A stretch of DNA of 64,000 bases, taken from Kiritimatiellia bacterium. GTDB lineage: Bacteria > Verrucomicrobiota > Kiritimatiellia > CAIVKH01. Positions 35,566-47,600 of this stretch are shown piece after piece. The position numbers and the translations under genes were made by a program. The notes under the pieces were generated by a model that saw only the letters and a program-made list of their open reading frames with translations, made no database searches and was not told the origin of the DNA. Location of the stretch: the NCBI GenBank assembly GCA_027493775.1, contig JAOSKE010000003.1:76350-140349 (forward strand), in the 5' to 3' direction. How positions within the stretch are numbered: the stretch's first letter is position 1; the number at the start of each line of letters is the position of its first letter.

Positions 35566-37982
35566 TTATTGCTTCTGAAGGTTGACCCGATAGATCATTC
35601 CATTCGCAGCGCCGACCGAAATGACCACTGCGCCGTCAACGACGGTGTAGTCCGTGCCTTCGCTCAATTCCACCCAATCCCAGTCGCCGCCAACCAATGT
35701 GGTCGCTGCGCCTTCGACAGAGACAAGATCGTAACCCGCCGGGAGGCCGAATCCGAACTCGCGCGTGCCCGCATTGAACGTGATGGACTCAATTGGCGGA
35801 TTTTCGTCGTCCTCGGAAGGCTGCGGGCGAATGGTGTATTCCGCCCACGCGCCGCTCGCCACGTTGCTCGCAACAATCGTTGCATCGCCGGCGTTCAAGC
35901 TGACCACGGTGACGTTGAAGCTCACGGTGTTCGAGCTGGAGTCAAAGGAGACCGAGGCGGGTACAGTGACCGACGATTGATTATCGCTCGTAAGAACAAT
36001 GTCGTCGCCAACTGCGCCGACGCGCGTCAACTCGAACTCATAAGGGCCGGTCGCTGCCGGATCCCATGTTCCCTTGCTAAAGCTCAGGCCCGCCGCAATT
36101 TCGCCGTGCAGCACGAGGTCATTCATGAAGATCGCGTAGTTCAATAGTTCTTCTTCGGGGCGACTATCCTGGTAGCCGCCGTTGTACAGCGAAATGCTGC
36201 CTGCCGGGAGCGCGTGTTCAATGTTTGTGGTGTATGCGAGATTGACATCGCCATCCACGGAGCGAGTCAGATAGACCGAAACGCCACTGGCCTGCTGTTC
36301 GAATTCGACATAGACCACTGCGCCGGGCGACCACTCGGTGGAGATCGTTGTGCCGTTCACTGAGAAGGTGTTGCCGGCGGACACATTGATGGCATTGGCA
36401 AACTGAGCGTCTTCGGAATCGAAGATATCAACGCCACGATTTCCGCCGTCCCAGTTGTAGGTAAGGGTGAAGCTGACAACATTTCCGACCTCCAACGGTG
36501 CGACAAAATAACGTTTCGCATTGGCGTAGTTATTATCTCCCTCGCCACTTCCATCGCCCATAAAGCGGAAGGAATATCCATTGATCGAGTTGATATTTCC
36601 GCCACCGCCTTCGGTGGAATCTCCAAGTGCTGCCGGGTTGTTCCAGATGTTCCATGTACCAAACCCATAGCCGCTGTTGGCGCCATTGATAAAGGTTTCA
36701 GACGTGTAGTTGCCGGCGTTGTCCGCGCCGCCAACTGCGGAGATTTCCTGGACATTCACATCAACGGTCACCTCATCCACATCATCGTTCGAGGCTTTGA
36801 TGGTTGCACTGCCGATATCCACACCGGTCGCTTCGAAGTAGAGAACCGTGGCTTCTTGATCGAATTCGACCGTTGCGGGAACGGTAAGCACATCTGTGTC
36901 GGTGCTGGACAAATTCACGATTGCGTCCACAGCCGACGCGCTGCTGCGAACGAGTTTGAAGTAGCGCGATCCGCCATTCCAGACTTTATCCGGCCCGCTG
37001 ATGGAGAGCTCCTTCGTCTGCGGCTTGACGGTGAACGTATCCGACGCGCCGCTCGCGACGTTGCTGGCGGTGATAACGGCTTCGCCTTCAGCAAGGCTGA
37101 TCACGCTGGCGAAGAACGCTACCTGATTCGAGCCGGATTCAAAACTGACTGTTGCGGGAACCGTGACCGCGTCAGGGTTGCTGCTGCTCAACACAACATC
37201 GTCATCCACAGGGCCCTGCCGCGAGAGCACGAATTCATAATCACCCGTTGCAGATGGATTCCACGTTCCGGACACGAACGAGAGGGTCGCGTGTTCGTCG
37301 CCGATAATCTGAAGGTTGTTCAAAAAGATTGCATAGTTCACGTTATCTTGAGGAGACGCGGTATATCCGCCGCAATACAGGGAAACGCCCGTGGCCGGAA
37401 GCGCGTTCACAATGTTCGTGGTGTAGGAAAGGTTGTTTGTGCCATTCACCGCACGATCCAAATCAATCTGAACTCCGGACGGGCCCTGGGTGATTTCCAC
37501 CGTGACCACTGCGCCGGGCGACCATTCGGTGGAGATCGTCGTGCCATTCACCTTGAATGTGTTGCCGCCAGAAACGTCAATCACGTTGGCGAACTGACCG
37601 GTGGAGCAAAAAGATCCACACCGCGAGCGCCACCATCCCAGTTGTAAGTGAATGTAAAACTGAGTACGTCACCTTCCTGAAGCGGATTGGCAAAATTACG
37701 TTTCGCGTTGGACCAGCCGCCGCTACCGTCGGCCATAATTCGGAAGGACAAACCGTTGGCAGAGTTGATGTCGCCGCCACCACCGTCAGTGGAGTCGCCC
37801 AGCTCCGCCAGCTTGTTCCACATATCCCAAGCGCCGAAGCCGGAGCCTAGGTTGGAATTGTTGGTGAAGGTTGATGCGGTGTAGTTACCCGCTTCGTCAT
37901 ACGCGATGAGCGACTGGGCGCTCGCCACGACACCGGACAGCGCAAGCCACCCTACTAAAAACCCACCAATGAATTTTTTCAT
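35566..37982 (-). CDS. Large secreted protein (~805 aa) with two tandem ~330-aa repeat units (bacterial Ig-like/lectin-like), read through an apparent indel near 37608-37612
   Basis: A signal peptide (MKKFIGGFLVGWLALSGVVASAQS) is preceded by an AAGGAG Shine-Dalgarno. The motif block …GNYT.STF.N..N.G.GFG.W..WN…GDST.GGGG.INS.NG.SFR.M.DGSG…NAKR.F…L..G.V.SFT.TYNWDGG.RGVD.F… occurs twice, each followed by an Ig-like …VT.SN.ASGA.…T..P segment. Confidence 0.6.
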
Positions 37983-38166
37983 TTCCTGCTCCTTATTAAT
38001 AATGCGATTGGAAAAACAACTCTCTTCCCCGATTGGCCCAGCAAAGTGGGATACCGGGAGGAGAAGGCAACAAAAAACTCCGGCAAAAACGCTTAACCAA
38101 ATGCTAACAATTGAGCGTTCGCGCAGCCTCATCAAGAAGGCACCGAGATGGGCGGCTCGGCGCTCG

Positions 38167-39210
38167 TCAGAGCGACCAGTTCGGGTCAATATCCGCGTTA
38201 ATCGGTGTGGGTGGCGCGCCGTTGGCGAGAAGCGCCGCGCCGAGCGCGGCGATCATACCGGCGTTGTCGGTGCAAAATTCCGGTTCGGCGACGAGCAGAG
38301 GAAGTGCGCGGGAATCCGCAATGTCGCTTAGTCGCTCCCGGAGCGCCGTGTTGCGAGCCACCCCCCCCGCGCAACCCAGCGATTTGAATTCTGACAGGTC
38401 CAGCGCCCGCTCGACCTGTCGTGCCAGAGTGTCCACCACCGCCTCCTGATAGCTGGCGGCTATATCCGTATATTCGGATACACGGATATGATCAGCGTGG
38501 CCTTTGAGGTAGTACAAGAGCGACGTTTTCAAGCCGCTGAAGCTGAAGCACAGCTCCGGATGCAAAACGCGGATGTCCCGGCGCTCATTGCGCACATCGC
38601 CGCGCGGAAACGGGATTGCAAGGGGATTGCCGCCACGCGCGAGCTTCTCAAGCTCCGGACCGCCGGGGTAGCCGAGTCCCATCATTTTTGCGGCCTTGTC
38701 GAACGCCTCGCCCGCCGCATCGTCCACCGTCCGCCCCCACAACTCATGCCGACCGGGGCCTTCAAAGCGAACCAGCGCAGTATGGCCTCCGGAAACGAGG
38801 AGAACGAGCGCGGGCAACACCGCTTTTTCATCCGGATTCCGGCGTCCCAGCAAAATCGAATACAGATGGGCCTCCAGATGGTTGACGCCTAGAAACGGAA
38901 CACCGAGACGCAGCGACAGCGCTTTCGCGCCCTGCAATCCGATGGTCAGGGAGGTTGCCAGGCCGGGGCCGCGGGTCGCCGCAACCGCGTCCACCTGATC
39001 CCACCGACAGCCCGCCGACGCCATCGCGCGGGTGATGAGCTCCGGCAACACTTCCACATGTGCGCGCGCGGCGATTTCAGGAACAACACCACCGAACGGA
39101 TTGTGGCGCGCAACCTGGGAATAAACCGCGTTCGCCAAAATTGTTCGATCCTCGTGCGCCAGCGCAACGGCAGTTTCGTCGCAGGAGGTTTCGATGCCGA
39201 GAACAATCAT
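38167..39210 (-). CDS. tsaD: tRNA N6-adenosine threonylcarbamoyltransferase
   Basis: MIVLGIETSCDETAVAL… with HLEAH and SGGV motifs; Kae1/TsaD family. Confidence 0.9.
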   Translation of the reverse strand: MIVLGIETSCDETAVALAHEDRTILANAVYSQVARHNPFGGVVPEIAARAHVEVLPELITRAMASAGCRWDQVDAVAATRGPGLATSLTIGLQGAKALSLRLGVPFLGVNHLEAHLYSILLGRRNPDEKAVLPALVLLVSGGHTALVRFEGPGRHELWGRTVDDAAGEAFDKAAKMMGLGYPGGPELEKLARGGNPLAIPFPRGDVRNERRDIRVLHPELCFSFSGLKTSLLYYLKGHADHIRVSEYTDIAASYQEAVVDTLARQVERALDLSEFKSLGCAGGVARNTALRERLSDIADSRALPLLVAEPEFCTDNAGMIAALGAALLANGAPPTPINADIDPNWSL

Positions 39211-39232
39211 GAGCGCAGCCGGACGGACAGAA

Positions 39233-40545
39233 CTATTTTATCGGTTGCGATGCGACACGGCTGTCCGTGCGCGGTTTCGCCCCGGTAAAGCGGAGAATTC
39301 CCTTGAGAACATCCACCGCGCGCTGCAACTGGATGTCGTCCACTTCCATCTTTTTGTCCGCGTCCTCGATTTCAAGGTCGGAAACGACGTGATTCCCCCG
39401 CAACCGCTCCTGGTCTTCCGGTTGCATCGGCACGACAATGTCCGGCTCAATGCCGCGCTCATGGATCAGGCGTTCCGAGGGGGTGTAATACTTCGCCGTT
39501 GTCAGGCGAATCGCCGTCCCTTCATCCATCGGGAGCACACTCTGCACGGAGCCTTTGCCGAAGGTCTTTTCGCCAACGAGCACCGCGCGCTTGTTGTCCT
39601 GCAGTGCGCCCGCGACGATCTCCGACGCGCTCGCGCTTCCCGCATTGACGAGAACCACAATGGGAATATCGGGATAGCGCGGTTTATTGCGCGAGCGATA
39701 CACCCTGTTCTGGCGCGAGTCGCGGCCCTGGGTCGAAACAATGACCTGGTTGCGGTCGAGGAATTTCTGCGAAACATCTATCGCCGAAACAAGCAGCCCG
39801 CCGGGGTTGTTGCGCAGGTCAAGCACCAGTGCGCGCAGCCCCTCGGATTTCAAGCGGTCCAATTCCTTTTGTAGCGCGGCGGCAGTCGGCTCGCTGAACT
39901 GCGTCACCCGCACATAGCCGATGCCATCCTCCAGAAAATGGGCGTCTTTGACGGTGGCGACCTCAATGATCGCGCGCTCAATTTCAAAATTAAGCGGATC
40001 GAGTGCGCTCTCGCGCAACACCGTCAGTTTCACCTTGCTCCCCGACGCGCCGCGCATAGCCTTGACCGCGTCGGAAAGAGCCATGTCCTCGGTGGGTTTT
40101 TCATCTATTGCGATAATAATATCCCCCGCCTGCAACCCCGCGCGATAGCCCGGCGTGTCTTCCATCGGCGCGATGATCGTCAACATTTCATCTTTTATAC
40201 CGACGACGATGCCGATGCCGCCGAACTGGCCAGCGGTGTCATCCTGCATATCCTTATACATATCCGCGTCGAGAAACTGGCTGTACGGATCGAGCGACTG
40301 CAACATGCCCGCCAGTGCGCCATGAACAAGTTCCTGATAGGCGGTTTTATTCGTCTCTACATAACTTTCACGAATCCGCTCAATCGTCCGTGTAAAGAGC
40401 GCCATCTGTTGATACGGGTCGTCCGACTCGGCCTCGGGCGCTTTTTTGGGAATAGATTCTCGCGCCGATCACCCAGTTGGCCGCGAGCAAAAACACGGCC
40501 AGCGACCACGCAATTTTACGAATTGAAAAAAGAGACGACATTCTA
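39233..40545 (-). CDS. ctpA: Carboxyl-terminal processing protease (S41 family), read through an apparent 1-bp indel near 40455-40470 in the signal-peptide region
   Basis: S41 features are present: a PDZ region, GLLVSAIDVS and VLVNAGSASASEIVAGALQ. The signal peptide MSSLFSIRKIAWSLAVFLLAANWVI… lies in the adjacent frame just upstream. Confidence 0.8.
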
Positions 40546-40659
40546 ACACCCGCCATTCATGGCAACTAAACCCGGGAAACCGTACCCTGATGCGCCGCCG
40601 GATGCAACTGTCCCGATACGCAGCGCCGCGGATAAATTTGCGCAGGCCATGCCGGATGT

Positions 40660-41915
40660 TTGCGCACGCGCCCTGGATGTTCTATACTCGCCTCTCCAAC
40701 AATGGACTCCGACGAAGCAAATGGACTGCCCAAGCCGCCGCGGTCGCTCTACCACAAAGAGCGCCCGCCTGTTCGCTCGCGCATGGACCTGCGCTCAAGT
40801 CAGCCGATTCCCCCATCCTCCGCTTCACCCGATCGACGGGGAACCGCGCCGGGAAGACAATATCTTCTGAAAAGCCTTCGCGTCTTCGCCGTCTTCCTCG
40901 TGAGCATGATCGTCCTTCTGGCGCTCAGTATCTTTGCCCTGCGCGGAATTTGGGCCATTAAGGATCGCGAAATAAAGCGATCCTCGCGCCCCGCGCTCGC
41001 GCAGAACGCCGCCGCCACGACAAGCGTCGCAACATCCAGCTCCCGCACCGGACTCACTGCCACCGCCATCAGCGAACAGCAACTGCCGGAGCTGGACACC
41101 GAGCGCATCCGCCGCGCCGTATTCCTTGCCAAACACGCGCAGGCCATGGAAGACGGCGGATCACTGACCGACGCCATCGCCCGCTATCGAGAAGCGCTCG
41201 ATGTCTGGCCCTATCTTAATGATGTTTGGGCAAACCTCGGCCGCGCCTATCTGAAAGCGCGGGAATACAACAAGGCTCAACTAGCCTTGGAAAAAGCCGT
41301 GCAAGGCAGCCCCGGCACCGCCTCCCTCATGAACGACCTCGGCGCGGCCATGCTCTATCAAGGACAAGTTGTCCGCGCGATGGATCTGTTCGATGCCGCG
41401 TCGGAAATTGACCCCACCTTCGCGCCCGCCCAATTCAATCTCGCCCTCTGTCGCCTGTCTCGCAACGACCGCGTCGGAGCGCGAACCAGCCTGCAAACCT
41501 ACCTTCGCATGAAACCCAAAGACGCGCGCGCACTCCGCGAGATGGCCTTCCTTGACGCGCTCGAATCGCACTACGAGGACGCGATGAGCCCCTCACGCGC
41601 GCGCTGACGGAATCGCCCGACTGGCCCCTACTCTACTTTGATGCCGCGGCAGTCGCTGCGCTGATGGGTCGAATGGATCAGGCCATTTTATATCTTGAGA
41701 AAGCCGAACCGATCAGCTCGCCTCGCGCCGTTTATCAAATCTACAAAGAACCCGCTTTCCGCGAAATTCGACTGACTGAGCTGGGCAAAGATTTTGAACG
41801 CGACCTCGCCGAGCGCGCCCGGGAACGCATGAACGAAGAGCTTTCAGCCAACGAGCTTCATCCGCCCAGCAACCCTCTCGTCTCCACCGACACCGCCAAC
41901 ACATCCACGAAATAA
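40660..41915 (+). CDS. Membrane-anchored TPR-repeat protein with a Pro/Ser/Arg-rich N-terminus, read through an apparent -1 indel at a C4 run (41589-41592)
   Basis: One TM helix (VFAVFLVSMIVLLALSIFAL) is followed by TPR-like repeats. The 315-aa and 83-aa ORFs join if the run is C5. The true start may be an internal Met. Confidence 0.5.
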
Positions 41916-42082
41916 GCTGTATTCATCTGAATGGGCGCAACCGCTGGATCCGCGCTTGGCCCATCGTGAACGTTGCGGCGGACGGGCCGGTCCGGCGCGC
42001 TGCTCATCGTGTTCGTCTCGCCACAACGAATCTTCTCCACACGTGATCGTTTGTTCGCAAACGCCCGCAGCGGCAATAGGGA

Positions 42083-44503
42083 TCAACGCTCTTCTTCGCG
42101 TCGCGGTGTGGGCGGAATCACGGTGAACCCGCCTTGCGATTCGGCGCGCAGAATTGCGGTATCCATAAACGCGATTCGCTGCAGACCCGGTTGCGCGTCC
42201 AATTTGTCGTCGAGACGAAATTGATCCGCTGCGCTGATCGGGCGAATACGTGCGGACGGACGGAAGACCTTTTCCCATGCGGCATCCGACGGAATGCGCT
42301 CGCGCACAAAACTCATTTCGATGGCCGCCTGCCCTCCGTAGTTTTGCGGCATCGCCAACAAGTTCTCCTCAATCAACAAATCGCGCGCGGGAAACACGAG
42401 AACGGCCGAAGCACGGTGGTTGATTCGCAAGACCAGTCCGCCAGTCAGCGAATTCGGATAGTGTTGTCCGATTTTAGGACTCAGAACTTCGCACACGCCA
42501 CCGGGCAGCGGAATTCGTTCACCGGAATGCAGTCGCTTCACGGCAACACCCTGCTCCTCCAGACGCACAATCAAATCCCCAAATGGGCGCGATCGAATGC
42601 GGCCATCGGGCATCCAGATTTCTTTGACGGGATACTGCTCCAACAATTCCGGCAGAGCACCGGCTGTCTCCATGCTCGAACGGGTGAGCATGATGCCCTG
42701 CAGCCGGTTCACCCCGCGTTCATGCAAAAACTTTAGCGTGCGCCTCGCGCTGAACGTGGGTCCGGTGTCAATCAGCCAGTCGCCGGAATCGGGGATGTGC
42801 GCGATGGCAATGGAAGCCGGTCCGATATTTCGCACCGCTACTTCAAAAGCGCGCGCGGGCCCAAGTTGCCAGCCAGCAAACAGGACTAGAATGACTGTTC
42901 CAAACGCTGCGGCGCGGCGCCATGCGCGCCGCCCGATCACCCAGACCACAAGGAGCAAAAGGACCAGCGCAACCAGCCAGCCCGGCGGCGGCAGAACATA
43001 GAATGAACCGAGCGGAATTTTGTCGCAGGTGTCCACCACCCAAAACAGACAGGATGCGAAGAAGCGCGTGGCAAAGTTGTAGGCCTCCAACAACGCGGGG
43101 TGAATGAAGCCCAGCAGGAGGGCCAAGCACGCTGCAAATAAAATGAAGAAGGCGAGCGGGACAACAAAGAGGTTTGCGAGCAAAGCGACGGGTGAGACTA
43201 GGTTGAAAAAACTTGCGATCAGTGGCGTGGACACCAACCACGCAACCCAGGTGATGCCGATCAGATCAAGGAGGTAGCGGCGCGCTGGTGAAAGCAGCGT
43301 CCGCCCGAGCCACGTCGTCGGTTCCTCTTCGGGGATGAATGTTCGATGCAGCCAGTGGCGTGTGGCGGGGAACAGAAGAATCAGCCCCGCAACAACAACG
43401 TACGACAGAAGAAAGCCGGGGCGCACCAGTTGTTCCGGCGTGACACATAAAATTAGCAGCGCGGAAAGAGCCAAGGCGGAAAGCGCATCCGGTTGCCGCC
43501 AGACCGCGTAGGCGAAATAAAAACATATTGCCATCAAACACGCGCGAATTGCAGACGGCGCCATGCCCGTGCTCAACGCATAGACGATCAACAACGGCGT
43601 CATCACCCACGGCCAGCGCGGTTGAGAAAGACCCGTCGCGCGGACAAGAGAAAGAAGAAGCAACGCGACGATGCCCACGTGTGCGCCGGAAATCGCGACG
43701 ATGTGGAGAATGCCGGTGCGGGAAAAAACGACCTGAACTTTTTCCGTCAACCCCTGCCGATAACCGACCGTCATCGCCCGCGCCAAACCGACGGCGGCTG
43801 GATCATGTTCAACACCCACTGCGAGCCGTTCGGAACAGAAGCGCCGTCCGTCCAAACACCACCGCCGCAGCGCCCATCCACTCTCCCCCGGCAATCGTCG
43901 CGCACTCGCTTCTTTGACAAACAAACCCAGGCGGGGCGCCGCCGCAAAGCGCCGCTGGTTTTTACGCACAGGCCCTTGCAGCGACCAGCGCCCGCCATAG
44001 CGAAGGTCCGGCACCCCGCCCGTCGTCTCCAGGCGCACATCAATCCGCCCTCGCGCGGTCTGCCACTCCCTCTCGCGCAATACACGCTCCACCTTCAGCG
44101 GAAAACGCCACACCACAACATCCGGTCGCCAGCTCTCCTCCACTACCGGATCATCGGACACGACCCCCACGATGCTCAGATTTTCGACCGGGCGTTGCAT
44201 CCGATTTGCGATGTGATCCGGCGCAAGCGGCGCACGAATGGCCTCTGTGTGTGCGGCAGTCAGCGTAAAAAGCAGCAGATAAAGAAGTGGCGAACGTAGC
44301 CTTTTGCAAAACGGAATTGCGGCAATGGCCAGCGTCGCCCACGCGCTGCTCAACCACCAACCTGTCGCAAGGTAAACGTGTTCAGAAAATGCCAGTGCCG
44401 CGATTACGGTCAACAGGATGCCGACCATCGGCCGTCGTCCAAATATCCGTAACGCCGACAGATCGGCAAAGACCGGATCAAGTTGGGCTGTGGGCCGATT
44501 CAT
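42083..44503 (-). CDS. comEC: DNA internalization-related competence protein ComEC/Rec2 (competence channel plus metallo-beta-lactamase domain)
   Basis: 806-aa ORF with the polytopic ComEC region (…GILHIVAISGAHVGIV…) and a C-terminal MBL-fold domain. Confidence 0.8.
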   Translation of the reverse strand: MNRPTAQLDPVFADLSALRIFGRRPMVGILLTVIAALAFSEHVYLATGWWLSSAWATLAIAAIPFCKRLRSPLLYLLLFTLTAAHTEAIRAPLAPDHIANRMQRPVENLSIVGVVSDDPVVEESWRPDVVVWRFPLKVERVLREREWQTARGRIDVRLETTGGVPDLRYGGRWSLQGPVRKNQRRFAAAPRLGLFVKEASARRLPGESGWALRRWCLDGRRFCSERLAVGVEHDPAAVGLARAMTVGYRQGLTEKVQVVFSRTGILHIVAISGAHVGIVALLLLSLVRATGLSQPRWPWVMTPLLIVYALSTGMAPSAIRACLMAICFYFAYAVWRQPDALSALALSALLILCVTPEQLVRPGFLLSYVVVAGLILLFPATRHWLHRTFIPEEEPTTWLGRTLLSPARRYLLDLIGITWVAWLVSTPLIASFFNLVSPVALLANLFVVPLAFFILFAACLALLLGFIHPALLEAYNFATRFFASCLFWVVDTCDKIPLGSFYVLPPPGWLVALVLLLLVVWVIGRRAWRRAAAFGTVILVLFAGWQLGPARAFEVAVRNIGPASIAIAHIPDSGDWLIDTGPTFSARRTLKFLHERGVNRLQGIMLTRSSMETAGALPELLEQYPVKEIWMPDGRIRSRPFGDLIVRLEEQGVAVKRLHSGERIPLPGGVCEVLSPKIGQHYPNSLTGGLVLRINHRASAVLVFPARDLLIEENLLAMPQNYGGQAAIEMSFVRERIPSDAAWEKVFRPSARIRPISAADQFRLDDKLDAQPGLQRIAFMDTAILRAESQGGFTVIPPTPRREEER

Positions 44504-44607
44504 GAATGACCACCGTGGTCATGCTATAAACCGGCTCATCCCTCCATCAAGGCGAAAACGCACCGCGCTCTCCTTGCGATCGGCGCTCTATTTGTCGTGC
44601 GCTCCGC

Positions 44608-47600
44608 TCACGGGGCGATCGCTTCAACCGCAAACATCTGTTGCGCAGATACGGGCACGGCAGCAGTGAAGATGTTGGCGGGCGGCGTGGCGGACAGATT
44701 TTCGGCGATACGTGACCAGGAGTTCGGAACAAGTAAATCCGTCGTGCTCCATAAATTATAGGTTCGGCCAGAAACGCTGGACCATCGAATGACCGGACCG
44801 GTCTCAGACTCGGTGGTGACATTGACGAGTTCAAACTTTGAGTCGCTGTCGTTGGGGTCGGTGCCCGCAACCGCTTCCTCGCCATCGGAAACTTTGTCCC
44901 CATCTGAATCCGCGTTGTTCGGGTTTGTGATATAGCCGTTCGGATTGATCGGGGTCAGCGGGTTATCCACGCCGGTTGTTTCCTCCTGATCAGACAGCCC
45001 ATCGCCGTCCGAATCCAAAATCGGCCCAAAGTCGAGTTGCACCGTGTCCTCGTCGCTGAAGCGCGAATCAAACACCGTGAGGCGCAGGACAACGGAGGTT
45101 GCTTCTGCAATGTCGTTGGTCAGCCGGAAACGGGTTTGCAACGCGCTTGCATGTTCAATCTCACCCGCCGGCCCGGAAACCTGCGTCCACGTGTAGGTCG
45201 TCGGCAAGCCGCTTGGCGAGATGGATTGCGAGCCGTCCACGTCCAGCCAATATCCTGCCTCCGCGCTTGAACCCTCGCCCGCATCGGCCACCGGCGCATC
45301 GAGCGCGAGGTCGCGGGTGGAGATGACAAGAAATTCGCTCGGATCCAAATTGCCGTCGTTATTCACGCTCGCCGGAACTTGCGCGGAACTGACCAACGCG
45401 CCGCCGTCATCCGTCTGAACCGGCGCGGCTGCCAGCCACAACTGCGACGGGAAGCTTCCAAAGTAGGCGCCCAGATCGAGCGTCCCCTCCAGCACGCCGT
45501 TGCTATACACGCTGTTGTTGTTCAGGCCCGGCGTCACCGCGCGCGCGATGGACGGATCGTTCATCGCCTGCCCGGCGGCATCGAACCAACTGTAGTAGCC
45601 CGCGACCTGCCCCGACCCGCCGTTTTCGTCTGCAAGGTACGCGCCCCACTGCATGACCTGTCCGCTCTTGGCCCAGTTGAAGGCGCGCATCGGCCCGCTA
45701 TTTGTGGCGACGTAGATGAAATTATCGCTCCCCTCGCCCGCGTCCTGCGTGGCGACGTAGAGATACGGCCCGCGAATGGCCGCGTTCAATTTCATCCTGT
45801 TTTCCGCGCGCTGCCAATTCGTGTCATCGAGGATTCCGTCCATCTTGAACGGATGCGACAGATCGAAGTCGTAGGAGTCCTGCTCCACTCCGTATTGATT
45901 GATGTTGCGCAGCTTCAAATGTGATCCGTCCACATCAAACACGAGGAAGTCGTAGTTGCTAATTACGGTGAACGAAAACTCGCGCTGCTCCGTCAGCGCG
46001 TGCGAGCTGAAGCCGCCGCTTCCGACCGTGAAGTAATACACGCCATTGATCGGATTAATTCTCTCATAGAAATGGTTGTGTCCCTGAAACGCAATTTGCA
46101 CGCCGTATTGTTCCAGAATCGGCGAAATATAATCTTTCATCGGCGCCGTGTCAGGATGGGGACCACGACTTGTGTAGGGCGGTTGGTGGAATGATGCAAT
46201 TTTCCACGTCTGCGTCGTGTTGTGCAGATCGTTGGTCAGCCACGAAATAACCGCAGGCCGACGATCTGGTGCATTGGAATAGGTCGTCTCGTAGGCCTCT
46301 TCAAACGTGTTCCCGTCAATCATCACAAAGTGAATGTTGCCGTAGTCGAACGAGTAGTTGCGCTTTTCTTCACCCGGCGGCCCGTTCATTGGAAGCGACA
46401 AGGCGTTCACATAATTGCTGCCCTGCTGTGTGCGGATGTCGTGGTTTCCGATCGTCGGCATAAACGGCACACGCGAGATCAACGGAGAGAGCGGGGTGAA
46501 CCAATGGCTGTCAAACAGCCCCGGGGGCGCGGATTGCTCCTGGCAATTGTCGCCGCTTGTAATCAGCAAATCCGGATTTTTCGCAACCGCCTGCTGAACA
46601 ATATCGGCCGTATGCTGCGACGTGCCGCCGTAGTCGCTCATCACCGCGACGCAGAATTTCTGCTCGGCAGATTTTGGTGCGGAGAACTGCGCCGCGCCCA
46701 AAATTTCACCGCCGCTCTTAACCCGATAATACACCGTGGTACCCGCGGGCAGTACCGGTAGCATCACCTCGTGAATGCGTTCCGGCCCCGCGTTGCTGAT
46801 AACACCATCGGCGTAGTTCTCGTCGTAGCCATATTCCACCACGCTGTCCAATGCGGCGGCGGTGTGCCAGATGACGCTCATGTGGTCTTGATGCGGCATC
46901 TGAAGGTACGGCCCGCGCACCAGCGTCGCGTTGGTCAACAATTCAAACAGCATATAGAAGTCGGAACTGTTCGTCGTGATGTTGTGTCCCGAAACCGCGA
47001 GCACGTTCGTTCCCTCAACGAGCAAGTTCGGGTCAACCGTGATGTATTCCTTTAATTGCGGCTCCTTTCCGCTGTTGTTGTAGGTGTTGTACCCCTTGCG
47101 CGAGGCGTCGCGCCATTCCAACGCGGGCGTCAAGTGGTCCACCGGCCCCGCGGGCATGTTGCGCCGCGCGATTTCCACGCCATTCAGGTAGGCGACAAAT
47201 CCGTCGTCGTAATCCGCGCCAAGGTTCAACTGCTGAATTTCCGTGAGATTCGTCACGACGAATTTTGTTCTGAAAAAGACCGACAGATAGCTGTTCTGCA
47301 TATCATCAAATACCTTCGTCTCCCCATTGCCGCCGTAGCCAAACCCCGACTCGCCCGAACCCCAGCCGGAACCATCGTCATACGCCGGATCGAACCATTC
47401 CGCCTCCCCCTGAACGGCAGGCATGGAACGCCCCTTAAAATAGCGCCACGCCGCGCCCTCATTGAGAGGCAACTCCGGCAAGCCCGGCACAACATAGTCA
47501 GGGGCGGACACGGTGACACTGTCCAGGTAGGCATTCTGTCCGCCGCCGTTCGGGCCGCGCATCATAAACGCGATGGAGCCAATGGGGTCTCCCGCGACGC

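Noticed and set aside
35527-37647. Plus-strand ORFs of 206 and 263 aa
   Set aside because: Antisense to the large secreted repeat protein; Arg/Gly-rich composition.
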